A DNA stretch of 64,000 bases from assembly GCF_009914755.1 (NCBI RefSeq), contig NC_060947.1; one strand, 5' to 3'. The position numbers and the translations under genes are program-made. Source of the stretch: the human T2T-CHM13v2.0 reference genome, Homo sapiens. This document shows positions 1 to 12,878 of the stretch, one piece after another; the first letter of the stretch is position 1; every line of letters starts with the position of its first letter. The notes beneath the pieces are model-generated. The model ran no database searches. It was not told the origin of the DNA and saw only the letters and a program-made list of their open reading frames with translations.

Positions 1-469
1 ATTGAGCATTTATTTATGTCAGGAACTACACTAGTAGTTACATGTGTAATTTTATTTAAGCAATAATATCTTCTGTGTGAATTTATAATCACAGCCTGTT
101 AGGCTGCAAGACTAAATAGATACAATTACAAAAACCTCATGTGCTGAACTTGCTACTGAAGTTCAACTTAATTTCAAATGTTTTCCTTGGGATCAAAATA
201 CTTTTCAAAATTAAATGTGCTTTGCACAGTACCCCATCTATGTTTTTCATGGAATGAAATTTTATTATCTTGAACCTTTTATTTCATAATTTAGTAAGCA
301 TTAGAAACAGTTTCTGGATGACTTACACTGTTAGTAAGCTTGTAGATATACTTAAAAGTTCAGGGCTGAGGTCAATAGTAGTTTTTTGGACACAAGCTCT
401 GTGATCACCTTCATTAATCATGCTATAGTGTCATCCTCATATGCTGGGTCCATAGAATTCAGAATAAAG

Positions 470-720
470 ACATTTCCTAAGTATGTATTAAGTATCAGGC
501 AATATTCAAAGCATCTTATATATATCAATTTATTTCATCCTCATAACAATTCTATAAAATAGGTATTATTGTTATTATCATCATACTTATTTTGCAGATA
601 AGGAAATTAAGACACAGAGATGCTAACTAACTTGCTCAAGGATACACATCAAAGAAGGTTAGGTTGTCAACTGAGCCATTTGGCTCTAGAATTTGCACTC
701 AAAATTACTATGCTGTGATA
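470..720 (-). mobile_element. MIR SINE relic
   Basis: MIR core-like text 'attttgcagataaggaaattaagacacagagatgctaactaacttgctcaaggatacaca'; recalled consensus, approximate ends. Confidence 0.7.
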
Positions 721-908
721 CTTTAGGATAGTTAGGTAATGGGGCCCAACATACCTGCCTTAATAGTATCTGATGTTGTTAGGTATTTGTTTCTTGGATA
801 GTGATCTGACATGGCTAGAATACAGGCAGTATTTTTTCTCTAACAGGCAGTTATTTTGGGATCACAGAAACTCTATTTGGGCATAAAATCATGTTTCTAA
901 CAACTGTT

Positions 909-1335
909 CAGGGTTTGCTACATAATTTTCAGGGCTTAATGCAAAACGAAAATCCAGGACTCTGTTAAAAAAGCAAGGTGATGGGGTGCTGTTAAAGATA
1001 CTAAAATATACAGCTTTGTTTCTTTATTCCATAGTCTCTCTTACAACTTGCCATGGTACTTTTTATTTGCCATTGAACGTCACACACACCCAGGAACAGG
1101 GATATTCACAGGAAGGCAGGGAGGTAGAATGCTGAGATTCACATGAACCAAAATTCTAAGCCTTTGTCTCACACTTCATTGTCACATCTGACTTCCCTTA
1201 TAAAACACAAATTCAAATATAAAAATAAAGAATTTCAGCCAGGGACCACAGAGCATTAAATCCCAAGTATGAGGCCCTTCTAAGCATATGACCATATGTG
1301 ATTGTACTCATCACACGCCCATGAAGCTGGCCATA
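909..1335 (-). mobile_element. MER45-family non-autonomous hAT (Tip100) DNA transposon, copy 1
   Basis: Termini 'cagggtttgctacataattt' and 'cacgcccatgaagctggccata' match recalled MER45 ends; 8-bp TSD caactgtt (901-908) / caactatt (1336-1343). Confidence 0.8.
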
Positions 1336-1360
1336 CAACTATTTCACAAAAATATTTGAG

Positions 1361-1580
1361 GCAGTATTGTGTTACCATTGAGTCAGAGTATCTGTGTTTG
1401 AATCATGGCTCTCTACTTTATCAAATTTATATATTACCTTGATCAAATTATTTTTATCTCGTATAAACTAGGTTTGCTCATCTATAAGATTTGTAGTAAT
1501 AGCAGTACATTTTTCATAAGACTCTTGGAATTTAGGTGAGACACTCTCTGGCATATATTACTCTATAAATGTAAGAAATG
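1361..1580 (+). mobile_element. MIR SINE relic
   Basis: 'gagtcagagtatctgtgtttgaatcatggctctctactt...ttgctcatctataagat' resembles MIR. Confidence 0.6.
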
Positions 1581-1639
1581 TCATTTAATTTCAAAGATGA
1601 TTGGATAACGTTATAGGAATAATGTAGAAACATCTATGT

Positions 1640-2100
1640 ATGTCTGGTGGACACCTTTCATCCAGTATACTCCATTATTCCAGCAAAATATACCCCTTCT
1701 GGAAATTGCCACCCCACTTCAACTCCATCTATATAGCAGCTGAGAGTGCTGAGTTGTGAGTACATGTATCTCCACCTCTTACCAGAGTCGATTGATCTAG
1801 GGTGGGCACCAAACCCAAGCAAGGCCCAGTCCATTTTTGAGATTCATAGGAAATGCATCTAGGTCTCAGAAATCACTGGAACCAGAGTCTGGAACTCAAT
1901 AAGGACTCTTCTCTTCTAGTCTCTGTTTTTTTGTTTTGTTTTGTTTTGTTTTTCTGCGCACATGCTCATTTTTCTACCTTTCTTTAAGTTCTTTCCTTGG
2001 TTTTCATGAGATACCTCAGGATCCTTAAGATAAACTATCCTTTTAGCCTTAATTAGTTTGAGTTGGGCTTCTGATACCGCTAATAAAAAAGTCCCCTCTA
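1640..2100 (+). mobile_element. Ancient ERVL/MaLR-type solo LTR relic (family uncertain)
   Basis: 3' part 'gataaactatccttttagccttaattagtttgagttgggcttctg' resembles the ends of old ERVL/MLT1 LTRs. Confidence 0.5.
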
Positions 2101-3035
2101 TATACCATTCCATTACAGAAATCTGATTCTAAGAATGTATTTGCATTTTTTACCTTCTTCACCTGGATATTGCCATTCCCTTCACAATATGGCAGATAAG
2201 GCACTATCCGAATTCTACCTCATGAATAAAATCCAGGTCGATAATCACCAATATCATAAAGACTTCCCGATCACACCAGTCAGAAACAACTTCTTTTTTC
2301 TTCCTTGAACACCTAAAGAATTCGCTCTCTTTTGTTTTACAACCTGTGACACTTACTCCATACTTTCTTCATAGCTATCTCATTATTAGCTACGTATTTG
2401 GTTTAGTGATTTTGTGTCTTGCTGCAATTATTAGACGACAAGTAAGGATCTATGTAGATTTTTAAAGCTATTACTATTCACTTTATTCTCTGAAAGAATA
2501 GAAAAAGGTAAGATATTAATTAAAACTTATTGAATAAATGAATATATTAATGAGTTAGTGAATAAATAATTATCGGAGTTAGCCAGTAGTGTCTTCCTTA
2601 TTCATCTCAAAGTTACTAGTGATAGTAACGACTAGCCTTGTTAGAACACTCTATTTATTGTGTAAAAATACTGTGTCTCTAAAGAAATTATCACCTTTAA
2701 CTTTTCTCCAATACAACGAAGTATACCAGTGGAAAAATTGCTTAATCATTAGCCCAAGAAAGCAGTTATCTCTATGCTTCTCCATGCATTATGTGTGAGA
2801 TACTTTTATAACAACACTTCATCATTCTCTTTCTATCTTGACAAACAAAACACTGCAGGAGACATATGTTCCCATTTCCAGATGCCAGAATTCAATAACG
2901 ATGTTAGTTAACATCTTTCATGTTTTGATTTTGTCACATAGCCTTGATCCTAACATTATGAAGCCAAAATCCATTGTTAGAGGAAAAGTTGGATTTTCCA
3001 TATGAATTCAAAGAGATAGTATGCTTTTCACAGGC

Positions 3036-3254
3036 CAGAGGTTGTTAGCCTTGGCACTTGACACCTTGGATTGGATAATTCTTTGTTGTAGGGGGCTGCC
3101 CTGTTCATTGTAAGATGTTTAGCAGTATCCTTGTCCCCTGTACACCAGAATTCAATAGCACACTCTCTTCCCTTGAGGTGCAGCCATCATAAATGTCTCC
3201 AGATATTTCCAAACATCCTCTGGGGGACAAAATTCCCTCAATTGAGCACCAGTG
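3036..3254 (-). mobile_element. MER20 hAT-Charlie DNA transposon
   Basis: 'ggataattctttgttgtagggggctgccctgttcattgtaagatgtttagcag...aaatgtctccagatattt' matches recalled MER20; about 220 bp. Confidence 0.85.
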
Positions 3255-3612
3255 ATATAGAGAGAATAGAATTGTTGTACTGTACCCTACTTGCTAAAGC
3301 AAAAATCATTTGTAATAAGACATGTACAGAAAGGCAGAATTCTTACATTTGGATGGCTTTGGAAAACACACAAAACATAACCCTTTTATTTTACTAATGA
3401 AAAAATTGAACATCAGAGAGTGAGGAGACTTCTTCATGATTACAGAGTGAGGTAGTTTGCAGAGTTATTTTAAATCCAGATTTCTGACCCCCCTAGTTAG
3501 GGTTTTGGCCATCACACCATGCTCAAATTAAGAATTCTATTAACATGGTCTTAGCTTGCCAGTAGGCCACTTGGATTGCCACCTAAAATTGGTTGGTGGA
3601 CTACCTCAATAG

Positions 3613-4384
3613 CAGGACTGGCTGCATAATTTGTGAGACCCAGTGCAAATTTAAAATGCTGAGCTCCTTGTTCAAAAACTGGGCACAAGTATCATTAAAG
3701 CTTTTTTTCTTCCTTTTATGATTCATCTCTCTTGACCTGTCATAGCTTTTAAAAATTTGCTATCTAATGTTCCAATCCTTCAGGCATAGGGATATTCATG
3801 AGGTGAGTTCATGCCCCATGCCTTCGTGTGTGCCTATTTGCTGCTAGGTTCTCCCATTTGCCAGCCACTGGGCCAAAATGCCATGTCCTTCCAGGGAGAG
3901 GGAAGAAATAAAGCAAGACATATCTCTTTCCCACACCAGTACTCACTCCTGGATTGGGGGAGATGGCTGGATGAGAGGATCACTCTTACAGAGGCACCTG
4001 ACAAATTCGTTGTGGTGACTGCCAGCTCAGGGCAGGAATAGCAGTCAACAAGCCCCAGCCCAAGACTCACAGGATCTTCAACCCTTTCTCCTGGAGTGTA
4101 GACAACAGATGTTGCTGGGCAACCTTGAGTTCCAAGAACTCGTCCTGGGCAGGCAGAGAGGCAGTGGGAGGAGGAATTGCAGGTAAGGCCAGGCTCCAAA
4201 CTCCTGTCACATGCTCCATTGTCTCATTGGACACTATGTACAAAACACAAGTCAAAAATAAAATTACCAAGATTTTCAAGATAGTGACTGCAGAGCATTA
4301 AACCTCAAGCACAAGCACAGAACACAATTTTGAGTGTGGAGTTCTTGTGATGGCACAGGTAACATGCCCATGAAGTTAGCCCTG
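3613..4384 (-). mobile_element. MER45-family hAT element (MER45C-like), copy 2
   Basis: Termini 'caggactggctgcataatttgtgagacccagtgcaaa' and 'atgcccatgaagttagccctg'; internal similarity to 909-1335. Confidence 0.8.
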
Positions 4385-6780
4385 CTCTCAAGGGCCAGAG
4401 TGCAAAATTTTACACAGCTGCCTAAAGTGACAATTCTAAAAATAAAATTTATTTTATTAAAAGATAATGATTATTACCACTTTCTGATCATGATCCACTC
4501 TGCAGTCATACTGATCTTTTAAAGCATTGAGGAGAATTTTTGAAAAGCAATTTTACTATGCCATTAGTGATTCCTTGAAAGATTTTGAGCTCTGAGCAAA
4601 TATGCCAAATATCAGTATAAATCATGCATAATTATGGATGTCTTCATTGTATCCAGTAGAAAGGAAACACAGTTTTAAGTATCATGAATTTGTAATAAGA
4701 AAAATATTTAAAATTTTTCTCACAGTGAGGCTATAGTGCGGGAAATAGGGAAAACTACATTTTTGCCTTTTCTAATCGGGTACTTAACCTCTGCACTTCT
4801 ATTTCCCTAGAGAAAATGTAAACAAAACAAGAAATTTGGGAAACGTGATCATATATTCAACAATCTGTTCAGACAGGATCATGAAACTTCTGAATGTAGT
4901 CTAGGGATGGCCCGTTAATTTCCCCTTCATATTCAAATGATGCAAAGATAGTTAAAAGACACTACCTACAGATATGGCTGTCAACTCAGTTTGGGAAATT
5001 CTACCAATGTGATTATAGCTCATCAGCAAGTTCATTAACATGTTATCTGGACAAGCTAAACCTAGGGAGGCAGAATTGGTTTGATGACAACCTTTCCAGG
5101 GAAAGGGTGAACAATTTACCATTACTGTCTTCTATTTGCAAGTGAAACCTAGCTCTGGTTTCGATTTGGCTTGGCTCCATAAGAAGAGCTACATAAGCAG
5201 TTGAGAGTGTTTACATGGGAGGATAACAGCAGGCTACTGTAGAAACTTGGACTCCAAGTAATTGGCATGGAAAATGAATTCAACTCATTAACAGGTCTCT
5301 GAAACACAGCCCTTTGAAAATCAGCTTGACAGTTTCGTTTAATAAGTATTCGGCACCTCCAGGCAACCTCACTAGACTCTCACCTTTCACTTTCTTTTTT
5401 GTGTTCCTTGCAGCCAGTTTTCGCTGCCTGTTAACAGTCACTCCTTTGGAAAGAAAATGTTTTGCAGGAATAGCAACAGCAGACACTCAAATGTATGTAT
5501 GCACAAACACATGGAATATTTTTCTTGTGAAAATGATGGTGCTCTCCTAGCCAAATGTTCAGAGCAAGGCAGAAGCCAGAAAGTCTCTGTAGCAAAGAAG
5601 AGATTGTTCCTGGGACTGCAGTTCTGGATATGAGACTCAGCCACAGACTGTCGGTATCTGGCATCCTCAGCATGGATATAAGTTGCACGGATAGATGGGG
5701 CCTGACACTTAGAGAAAACATCACTGTTTTCTCTAAGTCTAGTCCGATGAGACAAAATCATTCATAGAATGTCAGAGCTGGGATGGTTCTGAGATTATTA
5801 CATTTTGCATAAAGCCCTGAGAGGTACCACTAACTGCCCAAGGTCACATTGGAATTCAACTCTCCAAGTCTGAAATTATCTGGAATTCCCCCCAGGGACT
5901 GAATTTTTGAAAGGCCAGGCTGGTGTAAAAATCAGTAAATGGAAGTGGGGAAAGAAGTAGATTTGGGGAGATATATTTATCAGTTAAACACTGCAGCAAA
6001 TTGTGGGCACCCCAGACAAAGTGAAGTGGAAAATTGAAGCAATTAGGTGGATAATTCAGTTCAAAACACAGTCATCTGAAATAGTCAGATAATTAAAGCA
6101 AGAACCATTTTTTGCCTTGAATTATCTTGATAGTTGTCTCAATTATCCACTTCAGCGTGTGTGTAGACTCAGCCAGCCAGAGAGATCATAATTATCACTA
6201 CTTGACCTTAATCTGATCTCTTTACTTGTAAAACAGTTACCAGTAAATGTGAACCTAAAGGTAACTTGGGAGAGATGTGGTAAAGAGGTGAGAGTACCCT
6301 TTAAGTATCTCCAGCAAGAATAGAAAATGGTAAAATAGAGTGTGTGAATTGTGTGTGTATAAAACCACTGTGAATTAAGCAATTTTACCTGTCATCAAAA
6401 TCAGCCATCAGGAATTGGGCATTACCTAAGTACAAAAGAGCAAGAGGGCTTTGTGTGTTCTTTGATTGAAGGGATTTAATTTAGTTGCAAATACAGTTTT
6501 TTTCTGTTATGAAAAATTAAGGACAATAGCTTTTAAAAAGAGGTTAAACCTATGAGGCTTTTGAACATTACACATGTTACATTATAGCCTACTTTCAGAA
6601 AACAGCTCAGTTGCAAATAGGCAGATGAGAGTAATTCTGTTCTTCCCACAAGGAGTGTGTGAAGAACACATCCATCCATATTTACAAATAGATGAATAAG
6701 TCTGTCCTGGTACAATCCATTCCCTTATGACTTTTTACTGTGTTCTCATTAAGGTAGACTTGAAAATGTGAAACTAACTA

Positions 6781-6820
6781 ACAAAAAGTTCTATTGAACT
6801 TTTTGTTCAATAGAACTTTT
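6781..6820. repeat. Perfect inverted repeat (16-bp arms, 5-nt loop) overlapping a second 11-bp-arm inverted repeat
   Basis: aaaagttctattgaac-ttttt-gttcaatagaactttt (6784-6820); acaaaaagttc-tatt-gaactttttgt (6781-6806). Confidence 0.9.
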
Positions 6821-7029
6821 GAACAAACATGTGAACACTTGTCCACGTGTTTTCAACTTTGGGGAAAGGAAAGCGATGCCGAAATAGATGGGCATTTGTA
6901 TATAAACTTTGGAATCCTGTGGAGAGAAGGGGCTCTGTAAATATTTGCTAATTTTATCTTTTTTCAGTTAACACTTGCATCCTTTTCAATTAATACTCAC
7001 TATTTTTTCAATTACTATTAAGAAACACA

Positions 7030-7290
7030 GCTAATGTATAACAGTTGAGTGCATGGTTGCTGGAGCCAGTTTGGCTGAATTCAAATTGTAACTCTGTCAC
7101 TTACTAGTTTTATGAATTTGCCTAAGTGTTTTTAGCCTCACCTGTGGATAGGGGTGTCCTCAGCTGTAAGATGAAGGAAATAGTAGTGTCTCTATCCTAG
7201 GGTTGTTGTGTAGACTGAATAGCTTGGAATTAATTTAAAGGGTGGCTGCCATGTAGTGAACACCATTCTAAGTATTAGATATTATGATTT
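7030..7290 (+). mobile_element. MIR SINE relic
   Basis: 'ggagccagtttggctgaattcaaattgtaactctgtcacttactagtt...ctgtaagatgaagg...agggttgttgtgtagact'. Confidence 0.7.
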
Positions 7291-10140
7291 AATTCTCCTT
7301 GGTAATATGTATTGAGACATGGATTAACATTAGAATATTAAAGTCAGTACAAATTAGAGATGCTCATGCATAATTCCTTGCTGGAGTTTACTTTTGTATT
7401 AAAGAACTTCTTTCATTGGCCACTCTATCTCATTTATTAATGAGCAAATGGGCTAAGAGAAGAGGATTCTATTTGCTCAAAGTCACACAGTTATGAACCA
7501 ACAGAGCTGAACCAAATGGCTGAGACCTAGAAAACCTAACATCAAGTCACCAGCTTGAGTCTTATAAAAGACATATGCTTTCATTTCTGTCACCCAGCTT
7601 ATATAAGCATTGACTTATATATGGTCATTTTGTCCTCCTTTTTTATTTAAAATTTTATAATTTTTTTTCTATTTTTTTTTTTTTTTTATTGTAGGAGGAC
7701 TGGAAAAGAAAGGGTTTGGACATTTAAGGAGCAAGCCAAAATGGGCCATCCTCAAAAACAATCTTATGGAAACCTGAAGGCTTGTCAGAAACATTGTAAT
7801 ATCTTGAGAAGTGATGGGGAATTAGATAAGAATAACAGATTTTTTTTTAAATCATAAATAACAGTGGATCAGAAAGCAAAAACAACAGTGATAATGAAGA
7901 CAAAGCCCACTGACTGAACTAGAGTAAGCTAATAGGGAAATGGGTTTCCTCTATGGCCCCGTGCCATTTTAAGTCAGGCTTGCATAGCTAATTTCATCTC
8001 CTCTGGCTTTGGGGCTTCCAAGATAGCCCTGAGCAGGAACACTTGTTCAATTTTTACCACTATCCCTCTCCCTAATCCCTACATCCCCAGCAAATAGACA
8101 GACATTTTTAAAGTCAGTTTGAAACATAACAGTTTTCTCAGGTACTTTCACATTCCTTCGAACCAACAAATTTTAAAGCCATTGAATGTAACGGCATACT
8201 TTGAATAAAATGAAACTCTGAGATGAAAGCAAGCCAACATGCACAGCCCTCTTCTCTGTTTTTCTTCCAGAGTTTAAATTCAGCTAATCAAAGTTTTTCC
8301 TCATATTAGAGGGCCTGTCATGAAAAGGTAGTATAGAATGGTGATTAAGAGTTCAGGCAGACTCTGAAGCCAAACTGCCTGGGTCAAAATCCTAGCTCTG
8401 TTGTTTAACTGTTAAGTGACTTTAGGCAAGTTAAGCTGTCCTAAAATTGCCTAAGATGAATATTTGGAAATACGGGAACTTGAAAAAGCAGAGACCAGTG
8501 GAGGTTGGGTAGTCAGGAGAGGCTTCTCAAAGAAGGTGAGGCTAAAGGATAACCAGTGTTTGTTCAGACATGTATCTCTTTGGGAAAAAATTGATCAAAC
8601 TACATCTACCTTGTTTTTAAATCTTTTTTTTTTTTTCAGTTTCACTAATGGGACACTGCCAAAACTATCACGGCAGGTCCTTTCTGTTCATTTACAAAAA
8701 GCCACTTTTCCAAAACCAAGAGATCATATTTCCATATAAAAATGGATGAAAAACATACATATGGAAAGACTTTAAGACACATTTTAGTATTTAAGAAAAA
8801 TATTTTTTTTTCCTCAAAGCAAAAGATCTGGTAAGAGATTGGCAGCTGCAACTATGGTATTGAAAACGGCATCAAGGAAAAGGATGTATTACACATGTCT
8901 CTTAAAACTAAGCCATCTGATAGCCAAGGGAGAAATAAATAACAGAGAAGGAAGCCCTGTTTCCCTTCCTTGTTCTTTTTTAAATCATTGTAACAGAAAT
9001 AAAATCAACACAGAGGGGCATAAAAGGAAATAGGAAAATAGATATCAAAAAGAGAAGCTGGAAATTCTGTTTAAAATGATACACTACAGTCACAAATATC
9101 TCTGTATCTTTCTTCTTGCTAAGTAAAAGAGACAATTGCAGATGTATTTCCCCCACATTGTAAATCTGAACATGTTTTTCAGCGTCAGTTTTTATCCCTA
9201 GCCTGTCCCTAATGATCAGCACCAAGTTATTTCTTCACTGTGTTGGAAATTTGACTGTATATTGTAGATAACACTTTTATATCAAAAAATGTCAACATTT
9301 TTTCAAAAAATGGAAAAATGTCTTAGAAATGGTAATCTCATAGAAAAACAGGACATTATGTTTGAGAGGAACTCTTTCAATGTGAAGCCACTTTCCATTT
9401 CTTGCCTATTTTCCTTTGTGATTGTCATTTGGTGATGGTGCTTAGATATGCCTCCAGGAAAAGAAAAAAAAGAATGAGAGCTACCAAGTGAGTGTGAGAA
9501 AGAGAAATGAAGATAGGAAGAAAAAATGTGTATGTCCTACTCAGTGGCCTAATTACGGCACTTTATAATAAAACCAATTTATCATGACTCTTAAAAAGTA
9601 ATACAAGATAGAAATATCATCTTCATCTTGTCATTCAATAAATATTTTTAAATTTCTAAGGCTTTACAACACAGATATCCCAGAAAGGAGTCCAGCAGGA
9701 AGGATAAAGTAGCCAGATGATTAAGTATTTGTAAACAGCCCAAAATAGTGCCATGCATCAGTAAGTTAGGTCTCACCTTCTTTCCTTTTCTGTATCCAGA
9801 AAAGGGGTGTGGGGGAATGAGGACCAGTCGGAGTAAGGACACATAGCTGAAGCCAACATTAGCATCATTCTCTTCTACCACACCTCTATGCCTGCATATG
9901 AGATACAAATAAACTACGACTTTACAGGACTGAAAGCCCTTCATCTTCAAATCTTTAAGATTCATTAAAAACTCTTGTGTTCATATTACTACCAAATATT
10001 TCAAAGTTCTTCAGGTTTCTAAACTAAATCTTTCAGAAAAACAACAAAAATTATTTCAAGAAATCAAAAGCTCCTTTCAATGGCTACATTAATGCAAAAT
10101 TCTTTTTTAAAAAGAATGCATTTGGTATATTTAACTTTAA

Positions 10141-10464
<324 letters not shown>

Positions 10465-10665
10465 GGCATATTTAACTTTAAAATTTGCTTTGAAGGAAAT
10501 GTTTCTTAGTCTGAGACATGCCCACCAGTTTATAAAACAGGGCATTTTTTCCTGGTCACTTAAAGAGCCTCTCAATTAGAAAGTTGAACAAGGATTAGCT
10601 TCAGTGATCCTGAGTTATTTCCCTAAGTGTATTAGCATAATGACCTACTCTCATGCAATATTTTA

Positions 10666-10781
10666 TTTTATTTTATTTTATTTTTATTATACTCTAAGTT
10701 TTAGGGTACATGTGCACAACGTGCAGGTTTGTTACATATACATACATGTGCCGTGTTGGTGTGCTGCACCCATTAACTCGT
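10666..10781 (-). mobile_element. Severely 5'-truncated L1PA (about PA4-5) 3' end
   Basis: L1 3'UTR terminus plus T-rich tail; TSD ctctcatgcaatatttta at 10648 and 10782. Confidence 0.9.
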
Positions 10782-11974
10782 CTCTCATGCAATATTTTAA
10801 ATGAGAAGGCCTATAATTAGATTATGAGAGAGAAAATATATGTTTACAAAGTCGTTAGCATAAAATAACACATGCAGACTAGGCAATATCCAAATACTGG
10901 CTCCTTTTTATATATATGACCCATCCATCTAGTTTTTGGGATAGAAGTGTATCAGAGGAAAACACCCAGTACATAATCTTATTGAACATCCACACAGGGA
11001 ATGTGCAGTCACATACAAAAAAAATCCCATTGATTTCTACTTGAGATGCTGATCTATTGATTTTTGAGTGGCTCTGGTTACCTCACCATAGGAGTGTGGC
11101 TTCAGGAAAAGTGAACTAACTGGGAAATCTGCAAAGCAGCAAGCAGAGCAGGACAAATTGGTAAAATTATTTAATACTGAAACCCAACCTCACTGACCTC
11201 CTGGCAAGACTCACAATTAGAAAGTAGGGAATAAATGTTAATTATCAATAATGAACTATTTGGGGTCATAATCATGAAGGTGGAAATATTAGAGTACAGG
11301 AACAGGCATAGTTAGGTACTCTATGTATTCTTATAATGTTCTTAATTAGTGCAGCAATCTAGGCAGCAGTAAGCTGTGGAAAGAGGGCCAAGAGGGACAC
11401 TCTCAGACTTTCTGTTGCATGTACATTTGCTGAAATTGCAATGGTACGTTCTCACTAAACTTTTTGTACCCCTGTCTCACCTCAGATTTCCTCAGGTTTT
11501 TCTCTGGCTGTCTGAATCCAGTTCCCCATTCCTCGGCCAGCTTACCCTAATATCTTGTTTACCCCAACATGCAACTCACCTCTTTTCAAAAGTCTTCTCC
11601 ATTCCTTCCCCCACTCCCCAAAGTCTCTTCTGTAATTGTAAGGCTAGATTTTTCAGAGAAATAAAAATTTGATTAATTACTATTAAGGCGTGTGTTTTTA
11701 TTCATTTTAAATTGTAACTGGCAGACCAAATGGATTATACATCAATAGTCTTTAATTGCCTACACCAATCAATCTTCTGTATTTTATACATATTCACAGT
11801 AATTTCACTAACCTTATATGGAAGAATAGGGCTCAATATATTGCCAATATATCAGCAACTATTTTTGGAAAGATGCCTTCCTTAGGTCACACATCCATAT
11901 ACAACTTGTTTCGGTAGTTCTATGTACCAGAACTCTGAAGTGTTACTTTCTACCAAGGGAAAATCTATAACCTT

Positions 11975-12878
11975 GGGAGGAGCCAAGATGGCCGAATAGG
12001 AACAGCTCCGGTCTACAGCTCCCAGCGTGAGCGACGCAGAAGACGGGTGATTTCTGCATTTCCATCTGAGGTACCGGGTTCATCTCACTAGGGAGTGCCA
12101 GACAGTGGGCGCAGGCCAGTGTGTGTGCGCACCGTGCGCGAGCCGAAGCAGGGCGAGGCATCGCCTCACCTGGGAAGCGCAAGGGGTCAGGGAGTTCCCT
12201 TTCCGAGTCAAAGAAAGGGGTGACGGACACACCTGGAAAATCAGGTCACTCCCACCCGAATATTGCGCTTTTCAGACCGGCTTAAGAAACGGCGCACCAC
12301 GAGACTATATCCCACACCTGGCTCAGAGGGTCCTACGCCCACGGAATCGCGCTGATTGCTAGCACAGCAGTCTGAGATCAAACTGCAAGGCGGCAACGAG
12401 GCTGGGGGAGGGGCGCCCGCCATTGCCCAGGCTTGCTTAGGTAAACAAAGCAGCCGGGAAGCTCGAACTGGGTGGAGCCCACCACAGCTCAAGGAGGCCT
12501 GCCTGCCTCTGTAGGCTCCACCTCTGGGGGCAGGGCACAGACAAACAAAAAGACAGCAGTAACCTCTGCAGACTTAAGTGTCCCTGTCTAACAGCTTTGA
12601 AGAGAGCAGTGGTTCTCCCAGCACGCAGCTGGAGATCTGAGAACGGTCAGACTGCCTCCTCAAGTGGGTCCCTGACCCCTGACCCCCGAGCAGCCTAACT
12701 GGGAGGCACCCCCCAGCAGGGGCACACTGACACCTCACACAGCAGGGTATTCCAACAGACCTGCAGCTGAGGGTCCTGTCTGTTAGAAGGAAAACTAACA
12801 ACCAGAAAGGACATCTACACCGAAAACCCATCTGTACATCACCATCATCAAAGACCAAAAGTAGATAAAACCACAAAG
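11975..12878 (+). promoter_or_regulatory. L1 5'UTR: internal Pol II promoter, CpG-rich segment and antisense promoter
   Basis: YY1 motif caagatggccg at 11984-11994; many retained CpGs; promoter function from established L1 biology. Confidence 0.85.
12241..12423 (-). CDS. ORF0: L1 ORF0, truncated to 60 aa by a premature stop
   Basis: MAGAPPPASLPPCSLISDCC...RNIRVGVT*; recalled canonical ORF0 is 71 aa and continues RFSRC...; CGA>TGA at 12241-12243. Confidence 0.8.
   Translation of the reverse strand: MAGAPPPASLPPCSLISDCCASNQRDSVGVGPSEPGVGYSLVVRRFLSRSEKRNIRVGVT

Noticed and set aside
5043-5180. Minus-strand 45-codon ORF MEPSQIETRARFHLQIEDSNG... with a donor-like g/gtaaat
   Set aside because: No recognisable homology and no partner exons, so it cannot be supported as a first coding exon
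5280-5767. Cluster of 68-107 aa ORFs in unique DNA
   Set aside because: Mutually overlapping, no motif or homology; expected by chance
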